A stretch of DNA of 64,000 nucleotides from Tardiphaga sp. (GCF_025356345.1 NZ_JANXTC010000393.1:2631-66630); one strand, 5' to 3'; shown: positions 1-10,638, counted from the first letter of the stretch. Made by a program: numbers and translations. Notes: generated from the letters alone by a model not told the origin.

Positions 1-26
1 GACTGCCGTGCGCCCCAGAATGACAC

Positions 27-1775
27 CTATCCCCCGCTCGCGCGCACGGCCTGCGCCAGCAACGTCGCATCGGCATGCGGAAGCGGCAGATAGCGCGCGC
101 CCATTTCGAGCGCGAATTGCGCGGCCATTGGCCCCGGCCGTGGCGATGTATCAACCAGTACCGACAGGATGCCCGCAGCGCGAAGCTGTCGGGCCGCGGC
201 GCCAGCATCCTGTTCGGCGCGCGGGCGGCCCTGGGCGCCGTCGCGGGCGATGTTGGCGCGGCCGTCGGTAAGCACGATCACCGTCGGCGTCTGGCCCCTG
301 CGACGAACCGCATCCGCCATCAGCACGGCGGCATCGAGCCCGGCGGCCAGCGGCGTGCCGCCACCGCCCGGCAGACCGGCGAGGCTGCGCCTGGCCCGCG
401 CCAGCGAACGCGTCGGCGGCAGCAGCACTTCGGCGGAGGCGCCGCGAAACGCGATCAGTGCGACCTGGTCGCGCCGGATATAGCAATCCGCCAGCAGCAA
501 TTCGACCGCCCCCTTGGCTTCGGCCAGCCGGTGCAGCGCCGCCGAGCCGGAGGCGTCGACCACGAAGATGGTCGCGGTCTCGCTGCGCGCCCGAAAACGG
601 CTGATGCGGAAATCATGCTTCCGGATCAGGATGCGCGATGGCGGTTGCACTCCCGCGTTCGCCGCCTCCCGCCGGCGCAGCGGCTGCCACGCCGCCGCCG
701 CGCGCAGCGTCGCGATCAGGTTCAGCTTGGCCCCGGCGCGCAATTCGCCGCGCCGCGCGCCAGTCGGCCGGCCGCGCCGGTTCGATTTTTGCCAGGCCCC
801 CGCCCTGCCGGAGGAACGCGCTTGCGCGCGCCCGGCGGAGGCCTGCAACGCCGCCAATACGCCCGGCGGGATTGCCGCCTGCGCGGCTGCGAGGATGATT
901 TCATCGAGCGCGCGACCGGGATCCGGCGCCGGCTCGTCCTCCGGCGCACGATCGCCCGACGGGTCGTCGGGCTCGGGCGGCGACTCGGCCGGTTGCGGTT
1001 CCTGTCGCTCGGGAAGAATTCGCGCGCGCGCGGCCAGCACCAGACGCGCCGCCAGCGCGACGTCGTCCTGCCCGAGATGCGCATGACCGGCCAGCACCGC
1101 GCTGGCGCGGGCGACGCGCAGCGCCAGTAACACCGCGCGTAGCGAAACGACGCCGAGCGCGGCGGCGGCGGCGCACAGCGCCTCAATTTGCGCATCGCTC
1201 CCCCGCGGCGATGCGAGCCGCGCTTGCGCCGCTGCGATATCATTCGCATCGATGGCGAATTCGACGGTGTCGCCCCACGCGACATCGTCGAGATCGACAT
1301 GCAATGCCAGCCGGTCGCACAGTGCTTCCGCGGCGCCTTCGTCCTCGAGGCCCTCGTCGAGCGCCACGACGCCGAACCGCGCCGGCAGCCGCAGCGACAG
1401 GCCGTCGCGCTCGACCAGGCATTCACCCGAATCCATCGCGGCCGTGACATGCGCCACGGTTGCCGGCGACATGCGCTCCGCCATCGCCAGCAGCAACACG
1501 CCGCCATCGACCTCGGCCAGCACTCCGCGCTCGGCCACCGGCCGGCCGGCGCGCAGCGTGGCGTCGAGATCCAAGCCGCCGAGCAGCCGACCATCGGCAA
1601 TTGCCACGTGCAGGTGTTTCAGCGGAGGCATTGCCGGCAGCGCCGCGCGCAGCAGCGCCAGAAAGCGCTCGCGGACCGGTCCGGCGCGGGCGCGCAGCAG
1701 CAGGCCGGTGCCGGCGGGATCGACGGCGAACAATCGCGCCGCGACCATGGCATCGGCCCAGCGCGCCGCGCTCAT
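27..1775 (-). CDS. bchD: Magnesium chelatase subunit D
   Basis: 582 aa. N-terminal AAA-like region, Pro/acidic linker ([13 protein letters not shown]), C-terminal vWA domain ([23 protein letters not shown]). ATGA overlap with bchI at 1772-1775. Confidence 0.95.
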   Translation of the reverse strand: MSAARWADAMVAARLFAVDPAGTGLLLRARAGPVRERFLALLRAALPAMPPLKHLHVAIADGRLLGGLDLDATLRAGRPVAERGVLAEVDGGVLLLAMAERMSPATVAHVTAAMDSGECLVERDGLSLRLPARFGVVALDEGLEDEGAAEALCDRLALHVDLDDVAWGDTVEFAIDANDIAAAQARLASPRGSDAQIEALCAAAAALGVVSLRAVLLALRVARASAVLAGHAHLGQDDVALAARLVLAARARILPERQEPQPAESPPEPDDPSGDRAPEDEPAPDPGRALDEIILAAAQAAIPPGVLAALQASAGRAQARSSGRAGAWQKSNRRGRPTGARRGELRAGAKLNLIATLRAAAAWQPLRRREAANAGVQPPSRILIRKHDFRISRFRARSETATIFVVDASGSAALHRLAEAKGAVELLLADCYIRRDQVALIAFRGASAEVLLPPTRSLARARRSLAGLPGGGGTPLAAGLDAAVLMADAVRRRGQTPTVIVLTDGRANIARDGAQGRPRAEQDAGAAARQLRAAGILSVLVDTSPRPGPMAAQFALEMGARYLPLPHADATLLAQAVRASGG

Positions 1776-2794
1776 CCGAAAATCTCAGCAACGGCGCGAT
1801 CAACGCGGACACTGGAGCCGGCGTCGTCGAGCGGATTGCGGCGCAGCCGATGCCGAAGCGCCGACGGCGCGATGCGCTTCAGATGCGCGTCGGTGACATC
1901 GCTGGCGCCCTCCAAAGCGGCGAGTGCGCGCGCCGCGCGCATCAGCGTGAGTTCACCGCGCAACCCGTCCGTCCCAAGCGTCATACACAAAGTCGCCGCG
2001 CGTTCCAGCGCCGCGTCGGACACCGCCACCGAGGGCGAGCGTTCGCGCGCGACGACAATCTTCTTGCGCAGTTTAGTCTCCTCCTTCGCCCAGCTCGCAA
2101 TAAACGCCGCGCCGTCGCGCTCGAAAGCATCGCGGCGGCGCACCACCTCGATGCGGTCCTTGAGATTGTCGGGCGTCTTCACCTCCACCGACAGGCCAAA
2201 GCGATCGAGCAGTTGCGGGCGTAGCTCGCCTTCCTCCGGATTGCCGGTGCCGACCAGGACAAAACGCGCGGGATGGCGGATGCTCAAGCCTTCGCGTTCG
2301 ACGACATTCTCGCCGGAGGCCGCGACGTCGAGCAAGAGATCAACGAGGTGATCCTCCAGCAGATTGGCTTCGTCGATATAGAGGAAGCCGCGATGCGCGC
2401 GCGCCAGCAGGCCAGGCTCGAACGCCTTCTCGCCTTTGGCGAGCGCGCGTTCCAGATCGAGCGCGCCGACGACGCGGTCCTCGGTGGCGCCGAGCGGCAG
2501 GTCGACGACGGGCACAGGGACCTGCGCGATCTTCAGTGGACCTCTTGCGGCCAGCGCGCGGCTCTCGTCGGAGAATTCCTCCGGCCGCTCCGGATCGCAA
2601 TTGTAGCGCGAGCCGGCGACCACCTTCATCTTCGGCAGCAGCGCCGCCAGCGCACGCACGGCGGTGGATTTTCCGGCGCCACGATCGCCGAATGCCAGCA
2701 CGCCGCCAACCTTGGGATCGACGGCGGCAATCAGCAGCGCCAGTTTCATCTCGTCCTGTCCGACGATCGCCGAAAACGGAAACACTGACGCCAT
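1772..2794 (-). CDS. bchI: Magnesium chelatase ATPase subunit I
   Basis: [13 protein letters not shown] start, Walker [34 protein letters not shown]. Directly upstream of bchD. Confidence 0.97.
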   Translation of the reverse strand: MASVFPFSAIVGQDEMKLALLIAAVDPKVGGVLAFGDRGAGKSTAVRALAALLPKMKVVAGSRYNCDPERPEEFSDESRALAARGPLKIAQVPVPVVDLPLGATEDRVVGALDLERALAKGEKAFEPGLLARAHRGFLYIDEANLLEDHLVDLLLDVAASGENVVEREGLSIRHPARFVLVGTGNPEEGELRPQLLDRFGLSVEVKTPDNLKDRIEVVRRRDAFERDGAAFIASWAKEETKLRKKIVVARERSPSVAVSDAALERAATLCMTLGTDGLRGELTLMRAARALAALEGASDVTDAHLKRIAPSALRHRLRRNPLDDAGSSVRVDRAVAEIFG

Positions 2795-2810
2795 GCGAAA
2801 TCCTACATTG

Positions 2811-3797
2811 TCATGGTTCGGGGCGGCTGCGTTCGATGATCTCGCCGGCGCCCTTGTGCAGCAAATCGAGCCCGACGGCGCGACCGAGTTCGCGCGGCCG
2901 GTCCGCCGGGCCCGAGCGCGTCACTTCGATGAAATGACCGCCCGCCTCGTCGAGCACCGAGGCGGTCATCGACATGTCGTGACCGCTGATGATCGAATAG
3001 GCCGCGATCGGCGAATTGCAGTGGCCGTTCAGCACCCAGAGCACTTCGCGTTCGGCGTCGCAGCACAGCCGTGCGGCGGGATCGTCGATCAGCGACAGAT
3101 AGCGCCGCGTCGCCCAGTCCGACGCCGCGCATTCGACCGCGACGATGCCCTGCCCGGCGGCCGGCAGCATCTCCTCGATCGAGAAATCATGGGCAATGCG
3201 GTGCGCCAGCCCGACGCGTTCGAGGCCGGAGCGCGCCATGATCAGCGCATCGGCGGGACCGACCTCGCCGCCGCCCGGCAGCCGCTGCATCTCGCAGCCG
3301 TCGAGTTTGCGCACCCGGGTGTCGGCGGCGCCGCGAAAGTGGATCACCTCGATCGCGGGAAACAGCCGCCGCGCATAGGCGGCACGCCGGACGGCATTGG
3401 TACCGATCTTGAAACCCTCGCCACGCGCGCGCCGCAGATCTTCCAACGTCACGCCGTCGCGCAGCACCAGCGCGTCGGTCGGCGGATCGCGCACCAGCGC
3501 CGCGCCGATGACCAGGCCGGGCGTATCTTCATTGCCGGGCATGTCCTTCAGCGAATGCATCGCGGCCTGCAGCGTGCCGGCGCGCACCGCGGCGCGGATT
3601 TCGCCGACAAAGGCGCCACCCTTGCCGCCATGGCGCAACAGGTTGCTGGTCTGGTCGCGGTCACCCACCGGGTCGAACTTGACGATCTCGACATCGAGCT
3701 CAGGCGCCACCACCAACAGCCGCCGCGCGATCTCTTCGGTCTGCGCCAGCGCCATCGTGCTCTTTCGCGTGCCGATACGCATAGAAACTGTCACCAA
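2811..3797 (-). CDS. hemC: Hydroxymethylbilane synthase (porphobilinogen deaminase), photosynthesis-cluster type
   Basis: [29 protein letters not shown], cofactor Cys in [11 protein letters not shown]. Start uncertain (3797 TTG, 3794 GTG or 3782 ATG). Confidence 0.9.
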   Translation of the reverse strand: MVTVSMRIGTRKSTMALAQTEEIARRLLVVAPELDVEIVKFDPVGDRDQTSNLLRHGGKGGAFVGEIRAAVRAGTLQAAMHSLKDMPGNEDTPGLVIGAALVRDPPTDALVLRDGVTLEDLRRARGEGFKIGTNAVRRAAYARRLFPAIEVIHFRGAADTRVRKLDGCEMQRLPGGGEVGPADALIMARSGLERVGLAHRIAHDFSIEEMLPAAGQGIVAVECAASDWATRRYLSLIDDPAARLCCDAEREVLWVLNGHCNSPIAAYSIISGHDMSMTASVLDEAGGHFIEVTRSGPADRPRELGRAVGLDLLHKGAGEIIERSRPEP

Positions 3798-3995
3798 GCA
3801 CGCTCCATCCCCGTCGACCGCGCAATTGACGCGGAACCTGTTGCCAGGAGATTAAAGCCAGCCGGCAACGGAATGCAAACGGATGCTCTTATTTCCCGCG
3901 GATCACCGGGCCGGCCTTCACAGTCAGGATGAATCAGCTTCTATCCCGCGGCGCGCAATGGTAGTCAGGAAAGCCGGCTGGTTCGCCGGTGATCG

Positions 3996-5333
3996 ATGGC
4001 TGGAATGAGGACGCGCGTGAGTGCTGAAGTCCTGATCGGCGATGGCGAAGGCGCGCATCTGGTGCCACACCCGCTGCGTGCGGCGGTGCTCGGCGAGGTC
4101 CATGCGCGGCCCTTTACTGCCATCGAGGTGCCCTGCCGGATCATTCATTTTGCCTTCGACACCACCGGCCCCCTGGCCCAGGCCGACCGCGCCAATCTGG
4201 TGGTGTTCTGCGTGGCCCGCGGCCTGCCGCCGCCCGGCCCCAGCGAGAAGCACCACCGCGTGCCGTTCGGCAGCATTACGCTGCGCTGGGAACAGCATTC
4301 CGAGTTCACCACCTATACCTGGGAGATGCGCTCGCCGCCTGGCGGTAGCCCGTTTCACCCCGACGCGGCCTCCCTGGCATCGCCGATGAGGCTGGTGCCA
4401 CAGCCCGGACCGCTGCTGGTGGCGATCGACTTGCACGCAATGGCCGAAGATGGCGAGCGCACTGCGCCGGAGCTATTATTCGACCGTGCCAGCCTGGCGG
4501 TGGCGGAAAATTCCGACGGCGCCGCGATCTATGCCACCGACTTCCAGACCGGGCCGTCCGGGTTCGTCCGCATCCTGCTGATCGATCGCGGCATGCCGGC
4601 CGAACGCGCCGGGGCGCTCGCGCAGCGCGTCATCGAACTGGAAACCTACCGGACCCTGGCGCTGCTCGGCCTGCCCGAGGCGCAGCGGCTGGCGCCCTCG
4701 ATCGCTGCCAGCGAGCAGCGGCTGGCGGAAGTCACCCAGGAAATGCGCCGCCCCGGTGACCTGCCGAGCAATCACCGGCTGCTCGACGAACTCACGGCAC
4801 TGGCCGCCGATGTCGAGGCTGGCGCCGCCATCAGCGGGTTCCGGTTCGGCGCCAGCCGGGCCTATGAGGACATCGTCACCCAGCGGCTGCAGACCATCGG
4901 CGAGCGCAAGGTCGGCGGCCTGCCGACCTGGTCGTCCTTCCTCGCCCGCCGCATGAATCCGGCGCTGCGCACCTGCGTGACCATCGAGAACCGGCAGTCC
5001 AATCTGGCGGTCAAGCTGGCGCGCGCCGCCAATTTGCTGCGCACCCGCGTTGATGTCGAACTCGAACAGCAGAACCAGGAACTGCTGAAATCCATGAACG
5101 CCCGGACCCGGCTGCAACTGCGGCTGCAGACCACGGTCGAAGGCCTGTCGGTGGCAGCGATCACCTATTACGTGGTCAGCCTGTTCGGCTATCTCGCCAA
5201 GGCCGCCCATGACAGCGGCAGGCTGCATCTGGAGCCGAGCATCGTCACCGCCGCTTTCGTGCCCGTGGCGGCATTGGCGATCTGGTGGACGGTGCGGCGG
5301 ATCCGGCGCAAGCATATTTCCGGCGAAGACTGA
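3996..5333 (+). CDS. DUF3422-like membrane-anchored protein of unknown function
   Basis: EVHARPF, LRWEQHSEFTTYT, EIETY-like ELETYRTLALLGLP, RFGASRAY, LRLQTTVEGLSVAAITYY and two C-terminal hydrophobic helices. Start uncertain. Confidence 0.8.
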   Translation: MAGMRTRVSAEVLIGDGEGAHLVPHPLRAAVLGEVHARPFTAIEVPCRIIHFAFDTTGPLAQADRANLVVFCVARGLPPPGPSEKHHRVPFGSITLRWEQHSEFTTYTWEMRSPPGGSPFHPDAASLASPMRLVPQPGPLLVAIDLHAMAEDGERTAPELLFDRASLAVAENSDGAAIYATDFQTGPSGFVRILLIDRGMPAERAGALAQRVIELETYRTLALLGLPEAQRLAPSIAASEQRLAEVTQEMRRPGDLPSNHRLLDELTALAADVEAGAAISGFRFGASRAYEDIVTQRLQTIGERKVGGLPTWSSFLARRMNPALRTCVTIENRQSNLAVKLARAANLLRTRVDVELEQQNQELLKSMNARTRLQLRLQTTVEGLSVAAITYYVVSLFGYLAKAAHDSGRLHLEPSIVTAAFVPVAALAIWWTVRRIRRKHISGED

Positions 5334-5336
5334 GGC

Positions 5337-6896
5337 ATGCCGGGTCGCCCGCCGCCGGGATCACCGACCATGCGCGCGGCGATTTGGGCCAAGGGCGCGG
5401 TTGCGCTACTGGCGATCGGCGCCATCGCAATTTCTATCCTCAACCTGAGTGATGCCGGGCATGGATTGCAGATCTCCCGCGCGATCGTCGGTACCACGCC
5501 GGTGACGGTGTTCCGGCCCGTGGGCGACACGCCCGCGCCTGTCGTGGTGATCGCCCATGGCTTTGCCGGTTCGCAACAGCTGATGCAGCCATTCGCACTC
5601 ACTTTGGCACGCAACGGTTATCTCGCGGTCACCTTGGATTTCCTCGGCCACGGCCGCAATCCGCGGCCGATGCGTGGCGACATCAGCGAAGGCACCGGTA
5701 TCACCGCCGCGCTGCAGAAGGAACTTGGCGAGGTCGTGACCTTTGCCCGCGCGCTGCCGGGCAGCGACGGGCGGCTCGCGGTGCTCGGCCATTCAATGGC
5801 CTCGGATATCGTGGTGCGCTACGCGCAGGCAAATCCGGATGTGCAAGCCACCGTCGCGGTGTCGGTGTTCTCGCCGGTGGTCACCGCGAGCAGCCCGCAT
5901 AACCTACTGGTGATCGTCGGCGCTCTCGAACCCCAGATGCTGCGCGACGAGGGGCTGCGGATCGTCGGCCTCGCGACGGGAGGCAAGGCGGTGGCCAACG
6001 AGACCTACGGCGATTTTACGCAGGGCACCGCGCGAAAACTGGTGCTGGCGTCCGGCGTCGAGCATATCGGCGTGCTGTACAGCCACGACAGCATGATCGC
6101 CGCGCGGCAATGGCTGAACCAGGCTTTCGGCCTCACCGGTGACAGCTTCGTCGATCGCCGCGGCGTTTCGCTGGCGCTGTTGTTCGGTGGGCTGATCGCG
6201 ATGGCCTGGCCACTATCCTCGGTGCTGCCGCGGGTTGCCGCGGCGCCTGCGGGCAGCGGCCTGAGCTGGAAACCGCTGCTGTTGGCGACGTTCGCGCCGG
6301 CCGTGCTGACGCCACTGCTGCTGTGCAAGCTGCCGACGGATTTCTTGTCGATCCTGCTTGGCGATTATCTCGCGCTGCACTTCCTGCTGTATGGCGCGTT
6401 GACCGGCACGATGCTGTTATGGCTGCGGCCAACGGAACCGGCGACAGCCACAATTTCGAAGCGGTCCATCATCCTCGCGGCGCTCGCGGTGGCCGCCTAC
6501 AACATCATCGGCTTCGGCCTGGCGCTGGACACTTACATATTCTCGTTCTGGCCAATTCCACTGCGTTGGCCGGTAATGGCCGCGATCGCGGCCGGCGCGC
6601 TGCCCTATTTCATCGCCGATGAATGGCTGACGCGCGGCGCCGGCGCCCGGCGCGGCGCCTATGCGCTGACGAAATTCGCCTTCCTTTTGTCGCTGGCAAT
6701 CGCCGTAGCGCTGAATCCAACAAAGCTGTTCTTCCTCGCGATCATCGTGCCGGCGATCCTGCTGCTGTTCTTTGCGTTCGGCCTGATCAGCCAATGGTGC
6801 TACCGTGCCACCTACCATCCGCTGCCCGGCGCGCTGGCCAATGCCGCGGTGTTCGCCTGGGCGATCGCCGTGACATTCCCGATGATCGTCAGATAA
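5337..6896 (+). CDS. Alpha/beta hydrolase fused to a multi-pass C-terminal membrane domain
   Basis: N-terminal hydrophobic anchor, AHGFAGS, nucleophile motif LGHSMA, VEHIGV, then about 240 aa of hydrophobic helices. Alternative ATG at 5370. Confidence 0.8.
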   Translation: MPGRPPPGSPTMRAAIWAKGAVALLAIGAIAISILNLSDAGHGLQISRAIVGTTPVTVFRPVGDTPAPVVVIAHGFAGSQQLMQPFALTLARNGYLAVTLDFLGHGRNPRPMRGDISEGTGITAALQKELGEVVTFARALPGSDGRLAVLGHSMASDIVVRYAQANPDVQATVAVSVFSPVVTASSPHNLLVIVGALEPQMLRDEGLRIVGLATGGKAVANETYGDFTQGTARKLVLASGVEHIGVLYSHDSMIAARQWLNQAFGLTGDSFVDRRGVSLALLFGGLIAMAWPLSSVLPRVAAAPAGSGLSWKPLLLATFAPAVLTPLLLCKLPTDFLSILLGDYLALHFLLYGALTGTMLLWLRPTEPATATISKRSIILAALAVAAYNIIGFGLALDTYIFSFWPIPLRWPVMAAIAAGALPYFIADEWLTRGAGARRGAYALTKFAFLLSLAIAVALNPTKLFFLAIIVPAILLLFFAFGLISQWCYRATYHPLPGALANAAVFAWAIAVTFPMIVR

Positions 6897-6907
6897 TTGG
6901 AGAGACC

Positions 6908-7405
6908 ATGTTCAAGCCCGCCCGTATCGAGCCCGAGCCCGGCCAGGAATCAGCGTGGGACTATCCGCGTCCGCCGCGGCTGGAGAAGGTCACCGAACGG
7001 CTGCGCGTGATCTTCAATGGCGAGACCATCGCCGACACGGTCGCCGGCTATCGCGTGCTGGAGACCAGCCATCCGCCGGTGTATTATTTGCCGCCGGAAG
7101 ATCTCGCCAAAGAGTATCTGGCCCGGGCCTCGGGAAGCTCGTGGTGCGAATTCAAGGGCCAGGCGATCTATTGGTCGCTGGAGGTCAACGGCCGGCGCGC
7201 CGATAACGTGGCGTGGAGCTATTCGACGCCGACGCCGGCCTTTGCCGCGATCGCCGGCTACCCCGCCTTCTATGCCTCGAAGGTCGATGAATGCTGGGTG
7301 GGCGACGAGCAAGTGCAGGCGCAGCAGGGCGATTTTTATGGCGGCTGGATCACGTCAAAAATCGTCGGCCCGTTCAAGGGCGGCGAAGGTACCCGCGGCT
7401 GGTAG
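6908..7405 (+). CDS. DUF427-family protein
   Basis: ATG at 6908 inside ORF 6623..7405. ESAWDYPRPP, VLETSHPPVYYLP, SWCEFKG, FYGGWIT motifs. Confidence 0.85.
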   Translation: MFKPARIEPEPGQESAWDYPRPPRLEKVTERLRVIFNGETIADTVAGYRVLETSHPPVYYLPPEDLAKEYLARASGSSWCEFKGQAIYWSLEVNGRRADNVAWSYSTPTPAFAAIAGYPAFYASKVDECWVGDEQVQAQQGDFYGGWITSKIVGPFKGGEGTRGW

Positions 7406-7422
7406 GCCGCGGGTGAACGCGT

Positions 7423-8928
7423 TCAGGCCTTGGGCAGGCCGACCCAGCTATCCGAGGCGAACGGACCGGCGGTCTGGCGCACGATCACATTGATGATCGA
7501 CGCCACCAGGATGTTGGCGACCAGCGCGATCAGGCCGACATAGGCGGTTGCCGAAAAACTGCCGATCGTGAGCAGATGCAACGGCTTCAGCCCGTCCATC
7601 CAGGTCAGGTAGGTACCGCCGAACAGGCCGACCGCCCAGCCGGCGAGCAGCGCCGGCGCGGTGAACCAGCGGGTGAACAGGCCGAAGACCAGCGCTGGCA
7701 GCGTCTGCAGGATCCACAATCCGCCGAGCAATTGCAGGTCCAGCGCAAACTGCGTCGGCAGATAGATGATCACCAGCAGCGCGCCGACCTTGACCACCAG
7801 CGAGGCAACCTTGGCGACGCCGGCTTCCTGGGCATGCGTCACATCCGGATTGACGTAGGCCTTCCAGAAATTGCGCGTGAACAGATTGGCCGCGCCAATG
7901 CTCATCACCGCCGCCGGCACCAGCGCGCCGATCGCGATCGCCGCGAAGGCGAAGCCGGCGAACCAGCCCGGGAACAGGTTCTGGAACAGCGCCGGCACCA
8001 CGTCATTGTTGCTGGCGAGTTTGAGATGCGCGGCGTGGCCCATATAGCCAAGCAGCGCCAGCAGGCCGAGCATCAGCGTATAGGCCGGCAGCAGCACCGC
8101 ATTCTTGCGAATGGTGGTGGCGCTCTTGCTGGCAAAGATGCCCGTCAGCGTATGCGGATACATGAAGGCCGCCAGGGCCGAGCCCAGCGCCAGCGTGGCA
8201 TAGGCGATGTACTGGCTGGGCTGCAGCAGGATGCTGCCGGAGCCCTTGGCCTTGAACGCATCCTCGGCCGCGGTGAATACCGCGGCGTAGCCGCCAAGCT
8301 TGCCCGGGATGTAGGACACCGCCGCGATCACGACGATGTAGATCATGATGTCCTTGACGAAGGCGATCAGCGCCGGCGCTCGCAGGCCCGACGAGTAGGT
8401 ATACAGCGCCAGCACCAGGAAGGCGGCGATCAGCGGCCATTCGCCCTCGAAGCCGAGCGCCTTGACGGCCGCGGCCATGCCGATCAGCTGCAGCGCGATA
8501 TAGGGCATGGTGGCAATTACGCCGGTGATGGCGACGGCGGCTTCCAGCGTACGTGAGGAATAGCGGCCATAGACGACATCACCGGCGGTGACATAGCCAT
8601 TGTCCTTGGCCGCCTGCCACAGCCTCGGCATCACCAGGAATACGATCGGATAGACCAGGATCGTATAGGGCAGCGCGAAGAAGCCGTAGGCACCGACCGA
8701 ATACACCAGCGAAGGCACCGCGATAACCGTATAGGCGGTGTAGAAGTCGCCGCCGACCAGGAACCAGGTGATCCAGGTGCCGAACTGGCGACCGCCGAGG
8801 CCCCATTCGTCAAGACTGGCCAGCGTCTTCGGACGCTTCCAGCGTGCTGCGACAAACCCCATGATAGTGACCAGCGCGAAAAAGAAGGTGAAGACCGCGA
8901 GCGCGGGAATATCGAGTTCAGTCTTCAT
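7423..8928 (-). CDS. Sodium:solute symporter, MctP-like monocarboxylate permease
   Basis: EWGLGGRQFGTWITWFLVGGDFYTAYT, ATMPYIALQL, FMYPH; about 13 hydrophobic segments. Confidence 0.88.
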   Translation of the reverse strand: MKTELDIPALAVFTFFFALVTIMGFVAARWKRPKTLASLDEWGLGGRQFGTWITWFLVGGDFYTAYTVIAVPSLVYSVGAYGFFALPYTILVYPIVFLVMPRLWQAAKDNGYVTAGDVVYGRYSSRTLEAAVAITGVIATMPYIALQLIGMAAAVKALGFEGEWPLIAAFLVLALYTYSSGLRAPALIAFVKDIMIYIVVIAAVSYIPGKLGGYAAVFTAAEDAFKAKGSGSILLQPSQYIAYATLALGSALAAFMYPHTLTGIFASKSATTIRKNAVLLPAYTLMLGLLALLGYMGHAAHLKLASNNDVVPALFQNLFPGWFAGFAFAAIAIGALVPAAVMSIGAANLFTRNFWKAYVNPDVTHAQEAGVAKVASLVVKVGALLVIIYLPTQFALDLQLLGGLWILQTLPALVFGLFTRWFTAPALLAGWAVGLFGGTYLTWMDGLKPLHLLTIGSFSATAYVGLIALVANILVASIINVIVRQTAGPFASDSWVGLPKA

Positions 8929-9103
8929 GGGGATAGGTCCGGTAGGAAATCCACGTCAGCACGGCGGTCACGGGTACCCAGGCGAGCTGGTACCAGTAGA
9001 AGAACGGGAAGCCGAACAGCGCGGGATCCTTGAAATTATAGAACGGCAGCCACAGCAGACCGATGAAGGGAAGCAGCAACAGCCATAGATAGTGCCGTTT
9101 CAT
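8918..9103 (-). CDS. Small membrane protein (DUF3311-like), partner of the symporter
   Basis: 61 aa MKRHYLWLLLLPFIGLLWLPFYNFKDPALFGFPFFYWYQLAW...; ATG at 9103; its stop overlaps the symporter start. Confidence 0.85.
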   Translation of the reverse strand: MKRHYLWLLLLPFIGLLWLPFYNFKDPALFGFPFFYWYQLAWVPVTAVLTWISYRTYPHED

Positions 9104-9368
9104 CAGTGGGATCTCCTGCCGCCCGGTGAATGTCATGCGCGCAGGCCGGCGAGGCAGGTCGCGTGCCGCCTGTCTAGGTGCGACACTCTGTCGTGTAAAG
9201 CACCCAGCCGCAGGGCTGCCATGAGTGGCAATGCCTCTGTTACGGCTGCGTCTGTTGTTCCAGGACGGGTTCCGCAGGGAACACAGGCCGCAACCTGGAG
9301 ACGTCCAATCATTTGCGGATTCCAGAGCGCGCACCGCTTGCGCAGCGCGCGCTCCGGAATAATCGGTT

Positions 9369-10481
9369 TCAGCGTCCGCCGAACGTCGTATCGCCGAACA
9401 GTGCTTTCTGCGTCGAGGGCTGCGAGCGCCAGTATTGCGGCGGGGCATCAACCGTGGCGCCGAGCTGGGCCGCGGCATGCCACGGCCAGCGCGGGTTGTA
9501 GAGCAGACCGCGCGCCAGCGCGACGAAGTCGGCCTGGCCGGAAGCGATGATGTCCTCGGCCTGCTGCGGCTCGGTGATCAGCCCCACGGCCATCACCGGC
9601 ACGCCGGTGGCCTTTTTCACGGCCTCGGCGAACGGTACCTGATAGCCCGGCCCGAGCGTGATCTTCTGCTGCGGGGAGACCCCGCCAGAGGAGACATCGA
9701 TCCAGTCGACGCCGCGCTTCTTCAACTCATTGCCAAGCACGATGGTCTGCTCGACATCCCAGCCGCCTTCGACCCAATCCGAAGCCGAAACGCGAAACCC
9801 GACCGGCTTGCCCGCGGGGAATACAGCGCGCACCGCGTCAAACACTTCGAGCGGAAAGCGCATGCGGTTTTCCAGCGAACCGCCATATTCGTCGGTGCGC
9901 TGGTTGGAAATCGGCGACAGGAATTCGTGCAGCAGATAACCATGCGCGCCATGCAGCTCCAGCGCATCGATGCCGAGCCGGTCGGCACGCTTCGCGGTCG
10001 CTACGAAAGCGTCGCGAATACGGGTGAGGCCGGCGGCGTCGATCTGCTGCGGCATCAATTCGCCGGGTTTCTGCGGCACCGGCGACGGCGCCTGTGCGAC
10101 CCAGCCGCCATCGGCAAGCGCAACCTGCTGGCCGCCGTCCCACGGCGCATGGCTTGACGCCTTGCGACCAGCATGGGCGAGCTGCATCGCCACTGCGACC
10201 TTCGAATGCTTACGGATCGCCGCCAGCACCGGCTTCAGCGCCTGTTCGGTCGCATCGTCATAGAGACCGAGATCGCCCGGGGTGATGCGGCCGATGGCTT
10301 CCACGGCGGTCGCCTCCAGGCACAGCAGGCTGGCGCCGGACAGTGCCATCGTACCCAGATGCATCATGTGCCACTCGGTGGCGCAGCCATCCACGGCGGA
10401 ATACTGGCACATCGGCGACACCACGATGCGGTTGGGCAACGTCAGGTCGCGCATGGTGAACGGAGAGAACAAGGCGCTCAT
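9369..10481 (-). CDS. NADH:flavin oxidoreductase (Old Yellow Enzyme, YqjM/NamA-like)
   Basis: NRIVVSPMCQYSA, QLAHAGRKAS, ELHGAHGYLLHEFLSP, RTDEYGGSLENR. Confidence 0.93.
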   Translation of the reverse strand: MSALFSPFTMRDLTLPNRIVVSPMCQYSAVDGCATEWHMMHLGTMALSGASLLCLEATAVEAIGRITPGDLGLYDDATEQALKPVLAAIRKHSKVAVAMQLAHAGRKASSHAPWDGGQQVALADGGWVAQAPSPVPQKPGELMPQQIDAAGLTRIRDAFVATAKRADRLGIDALELHGAHGYLLHEFLSPISNQRTDEYGGSLENRMRFPLEVFDAVRAVFPAGKPVGFRVSASDWVEGGWDVEQTIVLGNELKKRGVDWIDVSSGGVSPQQKITLGPGYQVPFAEAVKKATGVPVMAVGLITEPQQAEDIIASGQADFVALARGLLYNPRWPWHAAAQLGATVDAPPQYWRSQPSTQKALFGDTTFGGR

Positions 10482-10544
10482 GGGGATTCCGGGGTGCGAG
10501 GGTCAAAGGCCGCGCGGCCGGGAGCCGCGGTTGTCCCTATGGAA

Positions 10545-10562
10545 TTGACGCGATCGCGTCAA
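10545..10562. promoter_or_regulatory. Perfect 18-bp palindrome, candidate operator of the OYE gene
   Basis: TTGACGCGATCGCGTCAA is its own reverse complement and lies 64-81 bp upstream of the 10481 start. Confidence 0.5.
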
Positions 10563-10608
10563 AAGGCAAGCCCGCCTGGGATCACGGCCGCGGCATTCGT
10601 AACATAAA

Positions 10609-10638
10609 CGGGGCGTATCAGCTTCCTGATACGCCCCG
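10609..10638 (-). terminator. Intrinsic terminator of the Gly-rich peptide gene
   Basis: 13-bp perfect stem CGGGGCGTATCAG / CTGATACGCCCCG with a 4-nt loop, followed by TTTA on the minus strand. Confidence 0.65.

Noticed and set aside
3780-3995. PpsR box (TGT-N12-ACA) upstream of hemC
   Set aside because: The TGT at 3789 has no ACA at the required distance, and I found no other match by eye.
6623-6907. N-terminal extension of the DUF427 ORF, and similar long extensions of hisN, gltI and galU ORFs
   Set aside because: They overlap upstream genes or spacers and have low-complexity sequence; downstream starts fit the family N-termini.
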